Shown here piece after piece: positions 63,476 through 64,000 of a stretch of 64,000 nucleotides of DNA. The notes beneath the pieces were generated by a model. It had not been told where the DNA came from and ran no database searches. It saw only the letters and a list, made by a program, of their open reading frames with translations. The DNA comes from Woeseiaceae bacterium. Its GTDB lineage: Bacteria; Pseudomonadota; Gammaproteobacteria; Steroidobacterales; Woeseiaceae. The stretch spans positions 37,613 through 101,612 of the forward strand of contig CBDCZZ010000001.1 in the NCBI GenBank assembly GCA_965224725.1, written 5' to 3'. The position numbers and the translations under genes are program-made. Numbering within the stretch: the first letter of the stretch is position 1; each line of letters opens with the position of its first letter.

Positions 63476-64000
63476 CGCCAACCGGCTCGAAGTTGGGGCT
63501 ATCGGTTGTAAACGAACTGATGCCGAGCCAGCGATTGATTGAGCGCTCATAAACGGGAGCGGCCTGTACCAGCAGCCGCTTCTCTGAAATGGCGGCGCCA
63601 ACCTCGAGCTCGCCGTACCAGATGCGTGTCATCGCATCGAGAGTAGACGTGATGACAACGTCGATATCGAAGCCGAGGTCGGTATCGCAAACCTGTACTT
63701 TGCCATCGCGCACGTGCATGTATCGCGTCGGGGACTCTTCAACATCGCGCAGGTTGACCTGTATCGACGTGTTGCCCGCCGGCAGTTCGTCAACGTTGAT
63801 ACCACCTGCAAAGTCGCGCATCAGTCCGGATGCCGTGTTTTGCTTTTCAGTTAAGCCTTCGTTAGCGAAACGCATACCCCATTTGCCCATCTCTGTGAGA
63901 ACGGGTGCTAGTGCCTTGCCGGCCGGCGTCAGGAAATATTCATAGCGGTTGGCCTTCTCACCACACTTGCGAATGACGAGCCCTTCTTCTTCCAGCATTC
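63468..64000 (-). CDS. HxlR-type wHTH regulator with C-terminal SCP2-like domain (5' end beyond the window)
   Basis: LEEEGLVIRKCGEKANRYEYFLTPAGKALAPVLTEMGKWG is the HxlR wing/recognition region. The N-terminal HTH must lie outside the window. Confidence 0.65.
   Translation of the reverse strand, partial: MLEEEGLVIRKCGEKANRYEYFLTPAGKALAPVLTEMGKWGMRFANEGLTEKQNTASGLMRDFAGGINVDELPAGNTSIQVNLRDVEESPTRYMHVRDGKVQVCDTDLGFDIDVVITSTLDAMTRIWYGELEVGAAISEKRLLVQAAPVYERSINRWLGISSFTTDSPNFEPVGDA

Overview
GC-rich chromosomal segment, probably from a marine-type Gammaproteobacterium (inferred from gene content only). I count about 50 credible CDS. Most are ordinary metabolism, transport, peptidase or regulator genes. 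Three loci stand out.
(1) 22.8-28.4 kb: a 2.3 kb stretch with no credible CDS. It holds an orphan promoter-terminator unit, a hairpin-rich RNA candidate of about 1 kb with an embedded tRNA-like domain, and five further tRNA genes (His, Arg, Gln, Leu-like, Thr-like), three of them packed 6-7 nt apart. Across all six tRNA-type elements, three have non-canonical anticodon loops. SPFH/slipin, HNH and RtcB RNA-ligase genes follow. A perfect 23-bp inverted repeat brackets the RNA array plus the SPFH gene, and an AbiE toxin-antitoxin pair lies just downstream. I read this as a candidate RNA-damage repair or counter-ribotoxin island.
(2) 3.0-6.8 kb: a SLOG + 2xSLATT-like membrane protein translationally coupled to a TIR-TM-TPR protein, plus a small beta-rich protein. 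This is a Thoeris-like nucleotide-signalling architecture with an unusual membrane-tethered sensor.
(3) 40.2-42.4 kb: a ferredoxin-dependent bilin reductase-like gene divergent from a BLVRB-like NAD(P)H-binding gene, with palindromic operators and a TetR gene.
Other points: a LexA box in front of a DUF222-HNH gene, a 1580-aa BNR/HYR surface protein with 16 NPD[QL][FY] pentapeptide repeats, an ECF sigma operon ending in a TPR + beta-barrel outer membrane protein, and a family of TPR sensors with swapped output domains.
No rRNA, CRISPR array, transposase or integrase was seen. All functional calls come from motif recognition by eye. No database search or folding program was run.
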